A DNA stretch of 64,000 bases from a virus (Duplodnaviria; Caudoviricetes): positions 32,001 through 96,000 of the IMG/VR virus record IMGVR_UViG_3300032138_000524; one strand, written 5' to 3'. The notes beneath the pieces were generated by a model. That model saw only the letters and a list, made by a program, of their open reading frames with translations. It was not told where the DNA came from and did not search any database. Below are positions 37,431 to 47,396 of this stretch, in pieces (within the stretch, counting starts at the first letter, position 1; the number at the start of each line of letters is the position of its first letter). A program made the translations under genes and the position numbers.

Positions 37431-38650
37431 TGTATATAGATTACTTTGATAAATTTTACAATATGGAGCCCTATCTTAAAATAGATGAGAAAGATTGGGA
37501 ATACATAAAAGAAACATTTGATAAAGAGGATGTAAAGGAAAGTCTTGCTACGGTAGCAATGACCTATCCACTTCCATATCCAAACTTAACTGAAAAGAAG
37601 GCGTGGAGAGATTTTCAGAAATTAAAGGGTATGAAATGGAACGAAATTATGGTAGAGGGTGAGTGGTATGCAAGAGAGGGGACGAAGTATAGTTACAATT
37701 TGAATTATGATGGAAAACAACTTTATTTTCGTAGGTTGAATGCAGGAAACGATTGTAGTAATTATTTTCAGATAGAAAATCGTTGGTCAGTAGATGGTTC
37801 AGTATCACCAGGTCCGAAACGGACTTGGGAAAACCACAAGTTTATGAAAACACTTATGGGAAGTGCATATTCACTTAAAATGCCTAAGATTACCAAGAAT
37901 ATACTGAGAACTATGATTGGACTTCGTAAATATATTTGTTCCCAATTTAAACCGAATGTGGCTAAGATAATTTATGATATGTTTGAGTCAGAGAATATTC
38001 TTGATTTCAGTGCAGGTTGGGGTGATAGACTTGCTGGATTCTATGCAAGTGAACACGGAAAACATTATGTAGGAATAGACCCACGAAAAGAGAATCATTC
38101 TTTATATGAAAAACAAGCTAATTTTTACGATAAACATTTAGGATTTTTTGAACACGAGAGAAAATCAGAATTTTATTGTTCACCTGCAGAAGATTTTGAT
38201 TTTACTCAGTATGACGAACACTTCGATATGGTATTTACGAGTCCACCATACTTTAGCGTAGAGCGTTATAGTTATGACGATACACAAAGTTGGGTTAGAT
38301 ACAAAGATATAAACGATTGGAATAAAGATTTCTTACAGACGACCTTGGGTAACTTATGGGGCAGTATTAAGAGTGGTGGATACTTATTAGTGAACATTAG
38401 TGATGTTTATACAAATTCAAAATGGTCAACCGAAAGGGGTTGGTTAGAGATTTGTAATCCAATGAATGACTATCTATCTAAATTAGGAGAGTATCAAGGT
38501 TGTATTGGAATGGAAATGGCAAAAAGACCGAATAGTGGTGGAGCAGGAACAGCAAAAACCTACGAAGGTTCAGTATGGACAGAAAAATCACTTGAAAATA
38601 AAGAAGATAAGAAATTCGGAGAACCTATTTGGGTATGGAAAAAGATTTAA
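37430..38650 (+). CDS. Amino-methyltransferase (N4-C/N6-A DNA methylase-like)
   Basis: SQFKPNVAK, ILDFSAGWGDRL, YVGIDP, FTSPPYF. Confidence 0.75.
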   Translation: MYIDYFDKFYNMEPYLKIDEKDWEYIKETFDKEDVKESLATVAMTYPLPYPNLTEKKAWRDFQKLKGMKWNEIMVEGEWYAREGTKYSYNLNYDGKQLYFRRLNAGNDCSNYFQIENRWSVDGSVSPGPKRTWENHKFMKTLMGSAYSLKMPKITKNILRTMIGLRKYICSQFKPNVAKIIYDMFESENILDFSAGWGDRLAGFYASEHGKHYVGIDPRKENHSLYEKQANFYDKHLGFFEHERKSEFYCSPAEDFDFTQYDEHFDMVFTSPPYFSVERYSYDDTQSWVRYKDINDWNKDFLQTTLGNLWGSIKSGGYLLVNISDVYTNSKWSTERGWLEICNPMNDYLSKLGEYQGCIGMEMAKRPNSGGAGTAKTYEGSVWTEKSLENKEDKKFGEPIWVWKKI

Positions 38651-39303
38651 ATGTAGATATAAATAATTTTATTGTAAACTACGAAAGAGATTGGATTATA
38701 GAACTCAGAGATGATTATTTAAAACTCATATCAAAATACGATGTTTACCATAAAAAATTTTTTGATGCACCAGGTAATTGGGGCCCAACACAACGGAATA
38801 ACGACTTATACTTTGATTCTGAAATTTCTGATTATTTTAAAAGGTTACTATACTTACCAAATGTTGCAGTATTAGATTTTATTATTCGTAATAGAGAGGA
38901 ATTCCAAGATTTAAAATTTTTAGATAATGGTTCAGGGTTTGGGTTGTTATCTATTTTTATGAAAAAATTAAATTTAGATTGTTATAATTTTGATAACTAT
39001 GAACAGATGGGAAATATTAATCCGTCTGATGATTCATTTTTTAAAAAATATGATATAAATCCACCAAGTAAATTATTACCAAATGATATAAATATTATGA
39101 TGAGTAATGGTATTTTTATTACAGAAGATGGACTAATAGATTCTGAGTTTGATTACTTATTTATAGATAGTATGTATTTAACTGAAAATTCTGCATGGGA
39201 TGTGAAATGGCCTAACCGAAAAAGGTTTTGGTCAAAGGTAGATGATAATTATAATTTAGAACATCAGTATGATGGTGTTCTTTCAATTTTTAGACACAAA
39301 TGA
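38629..39303 (+). CDS. Class I SAM-dependent methyltransferase-like protein
   Basis: FLDNGSGFG glycine loop. Confidence 0.5.
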   Translation: MGMEKDLNVDINNFIVNYERDWIIELRDDYLKLISKYDVYHKKFFDAPGNWGPTQRNNDLYFDSEISDYFKRLLYLPNVAVLDFIIRNREEFQDLKFLDNGSGFGLLSIFMKKLNLDCYNFDNYEQMGNINPSDDSFFKKYDINPPSKLLPNDINIMMSNGIFITEDGLIDSEFDYLFIDSMYLTENSAWDVKWPNRKRFWSKVDDNYNLEHQYDGVLSIFRHK

Positions 39304-40082
39304 AATACATTAAATTTATATATCCAAAATATCCACCAACAGGATTATTACATCTTACAGTTAATTTAAAATATCTTTTAAAATATTCATACGATATAGG
39401 AAAGATTCCAATAATACCAAAGTTTACTCTTGGTGAGAGAGTAGGGTTAGGTTCAGAAAAGGTATTTGATTCAAATCTTAGTGAATATTACGATTATCCA
39501 AATGTAAAAATAAATGGTGAATCATATAAAGTATTAGTTGATGATAATAATCTAAAAGAAGATGATGTTGAGATATTTAATTGTGAATGTAAAGAAAAAC
39601 TACCTTCTTCTAATTATTTTCCCACGAATTCTAATTTTAATAAATTAGTTGGTAAAAATATAGATATTGAATTACCGATTCAAAAATATTTAGTAGAAAG
39701 TGCCTCTAAGATAACAGAACTATTAAGAAAATATGTGTGTGTTCATGTAAGACGAGGAGACTTATTGAAATTAGAACCAGAATCGGTTAGGGCTACAGAA
39801 TCAAAAAATATATTAAAAGTTTTAGATGAGGTAGTTGATGAGTCTTATTGTGTTTACATTATGACAAACGAAACGGATTTAAGTTTATTTGATGACATAA
39901 CTGAAAAATATAATACTCATTTTTGGACAGAGTTTGATGAATTAAAAAAATGGTATAGTAAAAGTAATTATCTATTATTTGCCATTGAGTTATTAATTTT
40001 AAAAAATGCAAATAAAAAGATTTCAACACAAGAGAAACCTTATGGGTTTGGTGTTGGTTATTGTGATAAGTGGTTATTTTGA
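39300..40082 (+). CDS. Fucosyltransferase-like (GT-B) protein
   Basis: VCVHVRRGD and VYIMTNE motifs typical of GT11/GT23/O-FucT. Confidence 0.6.
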   Translation: MKYIKFIYPKYPPTGLLHLTVNLKYLLKYSYDIGKIPIIPKFTLGERVGLGSEKVFDSNLSEYYDYPNVKINGESYKVLVDDNNLKEDDVEIFNCECKEKLPSSNYFPTNSNFNKLVGKNIDIELPIQKYLVESASKITELLRKYVCVHVRRGDLLKLEPESVRATESKNILKVLDEVVDESYCVYIMTNETDLSLFDDITEKYNTHFWTEFDELKKWYSKSNYLLFAIELLILKNANKKISTQEKPYGFGVGYCDKWLF

Positions 40083-40083
40083 T

Positions 40084-41124
40084 ATGATAATATTACATAA
40101 AGATAACCCTATATATTCTTCACACGGAAAAGATAATTATTTAGAAAGATTTATTGGAACGGATAGAGATAACAAATATAAATGGAGTCATATCGGTGGA
40201 TTGTATCATGAAAAATTTGAAACCTTATTTAAGTCTTGTGGTTTAGATTATAAAATGTCTTATTATGAAGATTATCCTAATATAGAAGGTGAATATTTTT
40301 TTGGTAGATTTGCACATGCAAAATCCGATAAGGATATACATAAAAATATTTATCCTAAATTGGAAAAGAGATTTGATAATATTTGGCCTAATAAAATAAC
40401 ATATGAATTATATGATGAAAAAATAAAACAATTTGAATGGTTGGAGTCGGTTGGATATTCTCACTTGGTAGATTATGAAGTTGTTAATTCACTCGAAGAA
40501 CTTTATCAGAAAGTTAAAGTAGGTGATGTTGTTAAATCAAGTGTTGGTGCATCAAGTGGGAATTTATTTCTAATAACAGAACCTAAGTATTGTGAGTATG
40601 AAAATTTATATGAATTGATAAGGGAATGTGATGAGAATCGGTTGTGGAATTCAAATGATAATTTTTTTCCAGCAATGATACAACCAAAATATGAAGGATT
40701 GGTTCACAAGTTATTTATAACTAACAATTATGTTTATGATAAGAAGTGGACACAATCATGTGATACTTCTGAACCATTAAATTTCGGTGTAGGTCATCCA
40801 GATAGGAAGTGGATAAATACAAATAAAACATTATCAAGTTATGTGACATTAAAGGATGAGTTGAGTCAGATATCAATTTATAATGAGTGTTTGGACATTT
40901 GGGATAGATTAGATACACCAAATTTGTGTATCGATTATATTGAAACAGATTTGGGTGGAAAGATAATAGAGTTTAGTTATTTATACACAGAACCTATTCC
41001 AGCATCAGATTTTTATGGTAGATATAATTTTGATAAAAATAAATTTGAAAATACAGAAGAAAATATGAATGAAATATCATATAACCAAGTTAGTTCAGTA
41101 TTAAAGGAGTTTAATTTAGTATGA
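40084..41124 (+). CDS. ATP-grasp-like hypothetical protein
   Basis: YDEKIKQ, VVKSSVGASSGNL, MIQP, CIDY...IIEFSY. Confidence 0.5.
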   Translation: MIILHKDNPIYSSHGKDNYLERFIGTDRDNKYKWSHIGGLYHEKFETLFKSCGLDYKMSYYEDYPNIEGEYFFGRFAHAKSDKDIHKNIYPKLEKRFDNIWPNKITYELYDEKIKQFEWLESVGYSHLVDYEVVNSLEELYQKVKVGDVVKSSVGASSGNLFLITEPKYCEYENLYELIRECDENRLWNSNDNFFPAMIQPKYEGLVHKLFITNNYVYDKKWTQSCDTSEPLNFGVGHPDRKWINTNKTLSSYVTLKDELSQISIYNECLDIWDRLDTPNLCIDYIETDLGGKIIEFSYLYTEPIPASDFYGRYNFDKNKFENTEENMNEISYNQVSSVLKEFNLV

Positions 41125-41618
41125 TAAAAGTTAATTATGTAAATTATCAAACAATTGAGAAATATAAGGATAATCAATGGTTAGAAGTTTTTCCCGAAAG
41201 TGAAGATACACTTAAACATCACTATTTTGAATTCTATTCAGATGATGAGCCTATTGGATTTTGGAGATTAAGACATAAAGATGGAATAACTAATCATGGA
41301 AATAATTTTGTTTATTATGAACACCGCGGTAAAGGTTGGGGAAATAAAATTTTATTAATTAGTATGAATGTTATAAAAGAAATATTTCCTGATACTAAGA
41401 TTTTTTATGTACAATGTATTTTTACTAACAACAGAAATTTACATATAAGAGATAAACAATTTGGAATAGAAAATAGATATCTTGAAACAGCAGAACCAAA
41501 TAGGTTTGGGTTTATGGAAAAGTGTGAAAAGGATTACATTTATTATGATTCATTTGAAAATGTGTGGAATCGAAACAAGAAAGATATTGATAAATTAAAG
41601 GTTGTTTATGAAGGTTAA
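41121..41618 (+). CDS. GNAT acetyltransferase
   Basis: FVYYEHRGKGWG acetyl-CoA motif A. Confidence 0.65.
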   Translation: MIKVNYVNYQTIEKYKDNQWLEVFPESEDTLKHHYFEFYSDDEPIGFWRLRHKDGITNHGNNFVYYEHRGKGWGNKILLISMNVIKEIFPDTKIFYVQCIFTNNRNLHIRDKQFGIENRYLETAEPNRFGFMEKCEKDYIYYDSFENVWNRNKKDIDKLKVVYEG

Positions 41619-42276
41619 TGGTTTTTGGTATGGTTCTGAATTAGGTGAACTTGAAAAGTTATGTATTGAGTCTTGGATAAAGAATGGATATGAGTTTTAT
41701 CTTTGGGTATATGATTTAGATATTGAAGTACCTGATAAGGTGGTTATAGCTAATGCAAATCATATAGTTCAGTTTAGTGAGTATTTCACTTACGATGAAG
41801 GACATTCAAAAGGAACACCTATAGCATTTTCGAATTTATTTAGGGCAGAATTATTATATCAACGAGGTGGATTGTATACAGATTTAGATGTGTTATGTTT
41901 GAAATCATATCATTTTAAAAAACGATTAGTTTTTTCAGAACAAGTGGATAGTGGTCATGATTATCATGTTGCAACTTGTATATTATATAGTGAGAATGCA
42001 GGAGAAGAATTATTTAAAGATTGGATAGATTGGATTATAGCAAAAAGAAATAATTGGCGTCCAACTACACATGGTGATTTGGGGCCTAATTTAATTACAC
42101 CATTGATTATATCAAGGGACTTGAAAGAATATGTTTTACCCAAAGAATATTTTTGTCCAGTAGATTGGCAATCTTATAAGGGTATATTTGATTATAAGGG
42201 AGATTCCTATGGAATTCATTTATTTGGTAGTATATGGAATGATGAAGATTATAAAAATATAGATAAACTAAAATGA
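41608..42276 (+). CDS. GT32/OCH1-like DxD glycosyltransferase
   Basis: FWYG..L..LE.LCIESW, FSNLFRAELLYQRGGLYTDLD, LGP. Confidence 0.8.
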   Translation: MKVNGFWYGSELGELEKLCIESWIKNGYEFYLWVYDLDIEVPDKVVIANANHIVQFSEYFTYDEGHSKGTPIAFSNLFRAELLYQRGGLYTDLDVLCLKSYHFKKRLVFSEQVDSGHDYHVATCILYSENAGEELFKDWIDWIIAKRNNWRPTTHGDLGPNLITPLIISRDLKEYVLPKEYFCPVDWQSYKGIFDYKGDSYGIHLFGSIWNDEDYKNIDKLK

Positions 42277-43070
42277 GAATAGAACAAGCATATATTTCAC
42301 GAGCGTTATCACACTTTAAAGAAGAGTTTTTTGATCGTTGGAATTTAAAAGAGTATAGTAATTTTGAAGAACCTGCTCTATTTTGGGGTTTATATCCTGA
42401 GTGGGATGGTAAAACTAAATCAGAAAAAGATACATCATATGATATAGATGTGTTTAATAAACATGAAGGGTTGAAAGTATTATTGTGTGGTGGTGTTGAA
42501 TATAGGTTAAATGTTTTTGAAAAAATAAAAGATTATAAACTTATATGTGTTGATAAATGGGAATCGTATAATGCATCTAAAATGGGATTGGAATATCTAT
42601 CATTAAAAATACCATATTTTAATTTTGATAAATATCCAACAACAAAATTTGGTGATAAAATATATTCACACATTCCATTAAGAGAAAGGGGTGGAGAATG
42701 GGGAAAACACTTTGAGAATATGTTTCAGTATGAAAAATTAATGAATTTATTTGGTGAAGATATGTTCTGTTTTCCAAAAGAATGGATTGAACCCAATGAG
42801 TGTATTGGATATTTTAATCAGAGTTTTGTAAATATAAAACCACATAAAATTAGAGGTGCAAATACAGCTTGGAAGTTAGGATGTATGGGTAGAAATACAA
42901 TAACTACTAATAATGAACAAGTACCAAGTTATTTATATTATGATTCTGATGATGAATTGAAAAGGTTAGTAGATGAAGAATCAAAAAAAATTGGAACTAT
43001 ACAAGAGAATAAATTGTGGGATTACTTTCATCAATCTGATGATTGGTTACATGAGGATTATTGGAAATGA
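42273..43070 (+). CDS. Hypothetical protein, possible glycosyltransferase
   Basis: Lies in the glycan island; weak GT-B-like C-terminus. Confidence 0.4.
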   Translation: MRIEQAYISRALSHFKEEFFDRWNLKEYSNFEEPALFWGLYPEWDGKTKSEKDTSYDIDVFNKHEGLKVLLCGGVEYRLNVFEKIKDYKLICVDKWESYNASKMGLEYLSLKIPYFNFDKYPTTKFGDKIYSHIPLRERGGEWGKHFENMFQYEKLMNLFGEDMFCFPKEWIEPNECIGYFNQSFVNIKPHKIRGANTAWKLGCMGRNTITTNNEQVPSYLYYDSDDELKRLVDEESKKIGTIQENKLWDYFHQSDDWLHEDYWK

Positions 43071-44140
43071 AATTAACAAAAGTAAAAGAACCTTGGGAAC
43101 ACTTTTTATTTGAAGATGTTTTGGACAAGAATAACTTTAATTCATTATTAGAGTATCCTGAATTAGATTCAGATTATAGTAATGTAGATGGATTAAAAAG
43201 AGAGAGTGTTGAGAATAGAGTTTTCATTAATGATAAGTTCGTAGATGATAATCCACAATTTAAAAATTTAATAGAGTTTCTAAATAATAAAAAAATGTGG
43301 GAAGATATATTTGATGTGGATTTATCAAATGCTTATTTACGACCAGAACTTACAGACGATAGATATCCATTTGAACTTGAAGTACATTCAGACATAACTG
43401 AAAAGTTATTATCAATATTAATTCATATAGATAAAGATGATGAACAAAATTTAACAACAGACTTATATAGTGATGAGACTACATTTCATACAAAGTTAGA
43501 TTGGATACCTAATACTGGTGTAGGTTGGGTAAACTCTGATAAAGAGAATAAATGGCATGCGTTTACACCAAAAGAATTTAAAGGGAAAAGACGAGTATTA
43601 ATAGTTAATTGGTGTGATAAAGATACTTGGAATAATAAGTCACAATTATATATTGGATATAAATGGTATAGTGGTTCATATAGTATAAATTTTCATGATG
43701 TAGAAAATGATCCAATACTACAAGATAGATTTGCAAATGATTTTGATTTCCATATAGGTGTTAAATATGATATACCTAAAGATGGTTTATTTCAAGCAAA
43801 GTGGCCAAATGGTAATTTAAGATATGAATGGAATTATAAAGATGGTAAAAGAGCAGATGGTAAATCCTACGGATGGTGGCCAAATGGTAAGATAAAAATA
43901 ATACGAAATTGGAAAGATGGTAAACACTATGGATTACAACGAGAGTTTTATACTGATGGTTCTATTTGGTTAGAAGAAACTATATCCACAGGAACATTTG
44001 TAGAGTATAGTAAAGATGGTAATGTTATGCAAACAGGAAGTTTTAATTTAGATTATATAGAGACTGGTGATTATGGTGCAAAACTAAGTCAACCGAAATG
44101 GGATGATAATTGGAATGAAGATAGCAATACTACAAAGTAA
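43067..44140 (+). CDS. 2OG-Fe(II) oxygenase-like domain fused to MORN-variant repeats
   Basis: EPWEH, VHSD...WH...RR (HxD..H facial triad); then WPNGNLRYE..YKDGK repeats. Confidence 0.7.
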   Translation: MKLTKVKEPWEHFLFEDVLDKNNFNSLLEYPELDSDYSNVDGLKRESVENRVFINDKFVDDNPQFKNLIEFLNNKKMWEDIFDVDLSNAYLRPELTDDRYPFELEVHSDITEKLLSILIHIDKDDEQNLTTDLYSDETTFHTKLDWIPNTGVGWVNSDKENKWHAFTPKEFKGKRRVLIVNWCDKDTWNNKSQLYIGYKWYSGSYSINFHDVENDPILQDRFANDFDFHIGVKYDIPKDGLFQAKWPNGNLRYEWNYKDGKRADGKSYGWWPNGKIKIIRNWKDGKHYGLQREFYTDGSIWLEETISTGTFVEYSKDGNVMQTGSFNLDYIETGDYGAKLSQPKWDDNWNEDSNTTK

Positions 44141-44729
44141 TTACTTACCTTGGACGGGTGTATTTGAATTAATAAATTCAGTTGATAAGTTTGTATTTTA
44201 TGACAATGTACAATTTACAAAACAAGATTGGAGAACAAGAAATAAGATACAACCAAATAATTGGTTATCAGTTCCAATACAAAGACAAAAATTAAATACT
44301 AACATAATAGATATCAAAATATGTAATGATATTAATTGGAAGAAGAAACATTACAAAGGTATCTATCAGACATATTGTAAGACAAGATATTTTAATCAAT
44401 ATAAATATTTATTAGATTTTTATTTACGAGATTGGAAATACCTATACGAGTTAAATCGTTACACTACAAAAAAGATTTGTAAAACCTTACATATAGATAC
44501 TGAATTTTATCATTCAGAAGATTTTAATCTAAAAGGTAATTCATCAGAACGATTGGTTCAATTAATAAAAGAACTTGGTGGTACACATTATATATCAGGA
44601 CCAAAGGCAAAAAATTATATTGATGAAGAATTATTTGGTGATATTGAATTAGAATATATGAAATATAAAACAAAAAACAATTTTACAATATTGGATAATA
44701 TTTTTAATAATGGAATAGATATATTATGA
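44115..44729 (+). CDS. WbqC-family protein
   Basis: AILQSNYLPW.G.F, FYDNVQF.KQDWRTRNKI, YISGP. Confidence 0.85.
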   Translation: MKIAILQSNYLPWTGVFELINSVDKFVFYDNVQFTKQDWRTRNKIQPNNWLSVPIQRQKLNTNIIDIKICNDINWKKKHYKGIYQTYCKTRYFNQYKYLLDFYLRDWKYLYELNRYTTKKICKTLHIDTEFYHSEDFNLKGNSSERLVQLIKELGGTHYISGPKAKNYIDEELFGDIELEYMKYKTKNNFTILDNIFNNGIDIL

Positions 44730-45328
44730 ATCCATATATAGTTGTAAAAGAATTTGAAAAAGAATTAAGTAAATATACAGGAGCACCATATGTAGTATGT
44801 GTTGATAGTTTAACTAATGCATTATTTTTATGTTGTTATCGTTCAGAAGTAGATATGGTGACTATTCCTAAACATACCTATTTGTCTGTACCAATGTCAA
44901 TTATACATTCGGGTGGTAAAGTAGAATTTGAAGATTTAGAGTGGAGTGGTATTTACCAACTTAAACCATATCCAATATGGGATTCTGCTAAAAGAATGAA
45001 AAAAGATATGTATATCAACGGAAGTTATATGACATTATCGTTTCATATGACTAAACACATTCCAATTGGTAAAGGTGGTGCAATACTTTGTGATAATAAA
45101 GAAGATTACGAATGGTTCAAGAAGGCAAGATACGAGGGTAGAAGTGAAGTATCATATCACGATGACGATATAGAATTTTGTGGTTGGAATATGTATATGA
45201 CACCATCTCAGGCTATTAGAGGGTTAGAATTAATTCAGAATTTACCAGATAATAACGAAGATTTAATTGAAGATCCACCATATAGAGATTTAACAACATT
45301 TAAGGTATTTAATGATGAAAATTTTTGA
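44726..45328 (+). CDS. Compact DegT/DnrJ/EryC1/StrS PLP aminotransferase
   Basis: FEKEL..YTGAPY.VCVDS.TNAL, WDSA, LSFHMTKHIPIGKGGAI. Confidence 0.8.
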   Translation: MNPYIVVKEFEKELSKYTGAPYVVCVDSLTNALFLCCYRSEVDMVTIPKHTYLSVPMSIIHSGGKVEFEDLEWSGIYQLKPYPIWDSAKRMKKDMYINGSYMTLSFHMTKHIPIGKGGAILCDNKEDYEWFKKARYEGRSEVSYHDDDIEFCGWNMYMTPSQAIRGLELIQNLPDNNEDLIEDPPYRDLTTFKVFNDENF

Positions 45329-45860
45329 AATAGGAGTAGCAAAAACAGGTACAGTTTCTCTTGGAATAGCATTTAAAATCTTAGGGTTTACTCATAAAGG
45401 GTTTAGTGAAGAATGTTATTTACCAGAACCATATCCAAATTGGACAAAAGAAGATTCTTGGCCAGTTATGTGTGAGGTTGCTGATAAATACGAATCTTTT
45501 ACAGATGGTCCTTGGCACGATGTTCCATTTGAATGGTGGGATGAAAGGTATCCAAATAGTAAGTTTATTATTTTAGAAAGAGATGATGAAAGTTGGATTA
45601 AATCACAAGAGTTTTTTCAGACTAATGTTTTAGATTGGGATAAACAATGGTTAAGCGATAGAGATGGTGCTATAAAAAATCATCTTGAGTTTAAAAAAAC
45701 AAAATACAATAGGATAAAGAAACATTTTAAAGATAGACCAGATGATTTATTGGTAATGAACATATGTGATGGAGATGGATGGGAAGTATTGTGTCCATAT
45801 TTAGAAAAAGATATACCTGATGTTCCTTTTCCACAAGAAAATGTAACGGAGTTTAAGTGA
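45312..45860 (+). CDS. Sulfotransferase-family protein
   Basis: IGVAKTGTVSL PAPS-binding loop, D.PW, YPNSKFIILER..ESWIKS, DGWEVLCPYL, PFP..N. Confidence 0.8.
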   Translation: MMKIFEIGVAKTGTVSLGIAFKILGFTHKGFSEECYLPEPYPNWTKEDSWPVMCEVADKYESFTDGPWHDVPFEWWDERYPNSKFIILERDDESWIKSQEFFQTNVLDWDKQWLSDRDGAIKNHLEFKKTKYNRIKKHFKDRPDDLLVMNICDGDGWEVLCPYLEKDIPDVPFPQENVTEFK

Positions 45861-46582
45861 AATATTTATTTGTAATTTATACTGATAAAGAATATAAAAA
45901 ACATTTAGAGAATTTTAAATGGAAAGATTTTTATATAAAGATTTGTAATGACCCGAACATTGAGGTTATAGAATGGGGTGCAGACTATCATACAGATTAC
46001 AAAGATTTACCAATTAAAACTCAACAGATGATGAAATGGTGTAGTGAAAATAAGGAATATGATTATTTGATAAAATGTGATGATACTATTTTTGATGATA
46101 AGTGGATTCATTATAGTGATAGGATAATATATGAAAATATTTTTAAAAATGATGATATAGAATATAGTTGGGTGTGGGGAGATTATTTTGATTCTTCAAA
46201 ATTTCCAAGAAGTGAGATAGATAAAAATGAAAAATTTTTTGAACCAAATAAACATTGGGAATGGGGGTTGTTTGGGGCGTGGATTAAAATAAATCAAATC
46301 AATAACGATTATCGTGGAATTAATTTGTTGGAATTAGAAGAAAAGGATTGGTTAGGATTTGAAAAAGACCATGATTCGGTAGATTCTATTAATATTAATT
46401 TTATACCAAATGATATTCCGTTTTTTGAAGGAAAATTTTATATGGTTTCACGAGATTTTAGTATATTTATAGGTGAACAGGAAAAGTTAGCCAAAGACTT
46501 GTCTAATAATTTTCCTGTTGAAGATTTAATGGTAGGTTATTTGTCAAATGAATTCAAAAGTATTCGTAGCATTAGCAAATAA
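45857..46582 (+). CDS. GT31-like galactosyltransferase
   Basis: Y.DLPIKT, YLIKCDD, G.FYMVS, VEDLMVG. Confidence 0.6.
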   Translation: MKYLFVIYTDKEYKKHLENFKWKDFYIKICNDPNIEVIEWGADYHTDYKDLPIKTQQMMKWCSENKEYDYLIKCDDTIFDDKWIHYSDRIIYENIFKNDDIEYSWVWGDYFDSSKFPRSEIDKNEKFFEPNKHWEWGLFGAWIKINQINNDYRGINLLELEEKDWLGFEKDHDSVDSININFIPNDIPFFEGKFYMVSRDFSIFIGEQEKLAKDLSNNFPVEDLMVGYLSNEFKSIRSISK

Positions 46583-47396
46583 AAAATTTATAGAACATTC
46601 TAAAAGTCTATTTTATAGTGCTAAAGTAGATGGTAAATGGGATGGTGATTTTGTGCTTATTGTACCAGAAGAGGACAGGGATACATTTAATGAAAAGGAA
46701 TTTACTGATAGAGGAGTTGAGATTTTCTTCGGTAAAACCTTACCTGGAAAACCAAAACCACATTATTACAAATATTATTTGTGGACAGAATACTTTAAGA
46801 AATGGGATTGGATTTTTTATTGTGATATGGATGTATTGTTTTTTAATAAAATAGAATTTGATTTAGAGAGCAGACAAAAAGATATTTTATATGCAAATGA
46901 TTGTAATGGAACTTGTTTAAAATTTCAATTTGAATATCGAGATTTTGAAGTAAAAAGATTTAATGAAGAACAACAACAAAAGTATGAATGGATTCAAGAA
47001 AATTGGAGTTGGGATACACCATCATTTCAGAGTTGTTTTATGTTATTTCATAAAGATTTAATACAAAATAATACATTTGATAATTTAATAAAATTACATA
47101 ATGAATACTATGTTTATTATGATTTAGTATTGCATGGGTTGACAGAGGAACAATCTATTTTAAATGTAGAGTTTATAGATAAGTGGAAGAAACTTGGAGA
47201 TAAATTTTTGAATGCATATTCAAGGGCCAATGAATTGAATTGGGAATTTGATAAAATGGATGAGGATTACGAAGATAAAGAAGATTATAGAAGTGATGGT
47301 ATTGTTGCATTACATTTCTATCAATTTTTTCAGCCTTGGTCAAAACATAATTTAAAATTTTATCCAATATGGAAAGAGTATAATGACAAATTTTGA
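46548..47396 (+). CDS. GT8-like glycosyltransferase
   Basis: FYCDMDVL, EQSILN, ALHF..QPW. Confidence 0.7.
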   Translation: MNSKVFVALANKKFIEHSKSLFYSAKVDGKWDGDFVLIVPEEDRDTFNEKEFTDRGVEIFFGKTLPGKPKPHYYKYYLWTEYFKKWDWIFYCDMDVLFFNKIEFDLESRQKDILYANDCNGTCLKFQFEYRDFEVKRFNEEQQQKYEWIQENWSWDTPSFQSCFMLFHKDLIQNNTFDNLIKLHNEYYVYYDLVLHGLTEEQSILNVEFIDKWKKLGDKFLNAYSRANELNWEFDKMDEDYEDKEDYRSDGIVALHFYQFFQPWSKHNLKFYPIWKEYNDKF

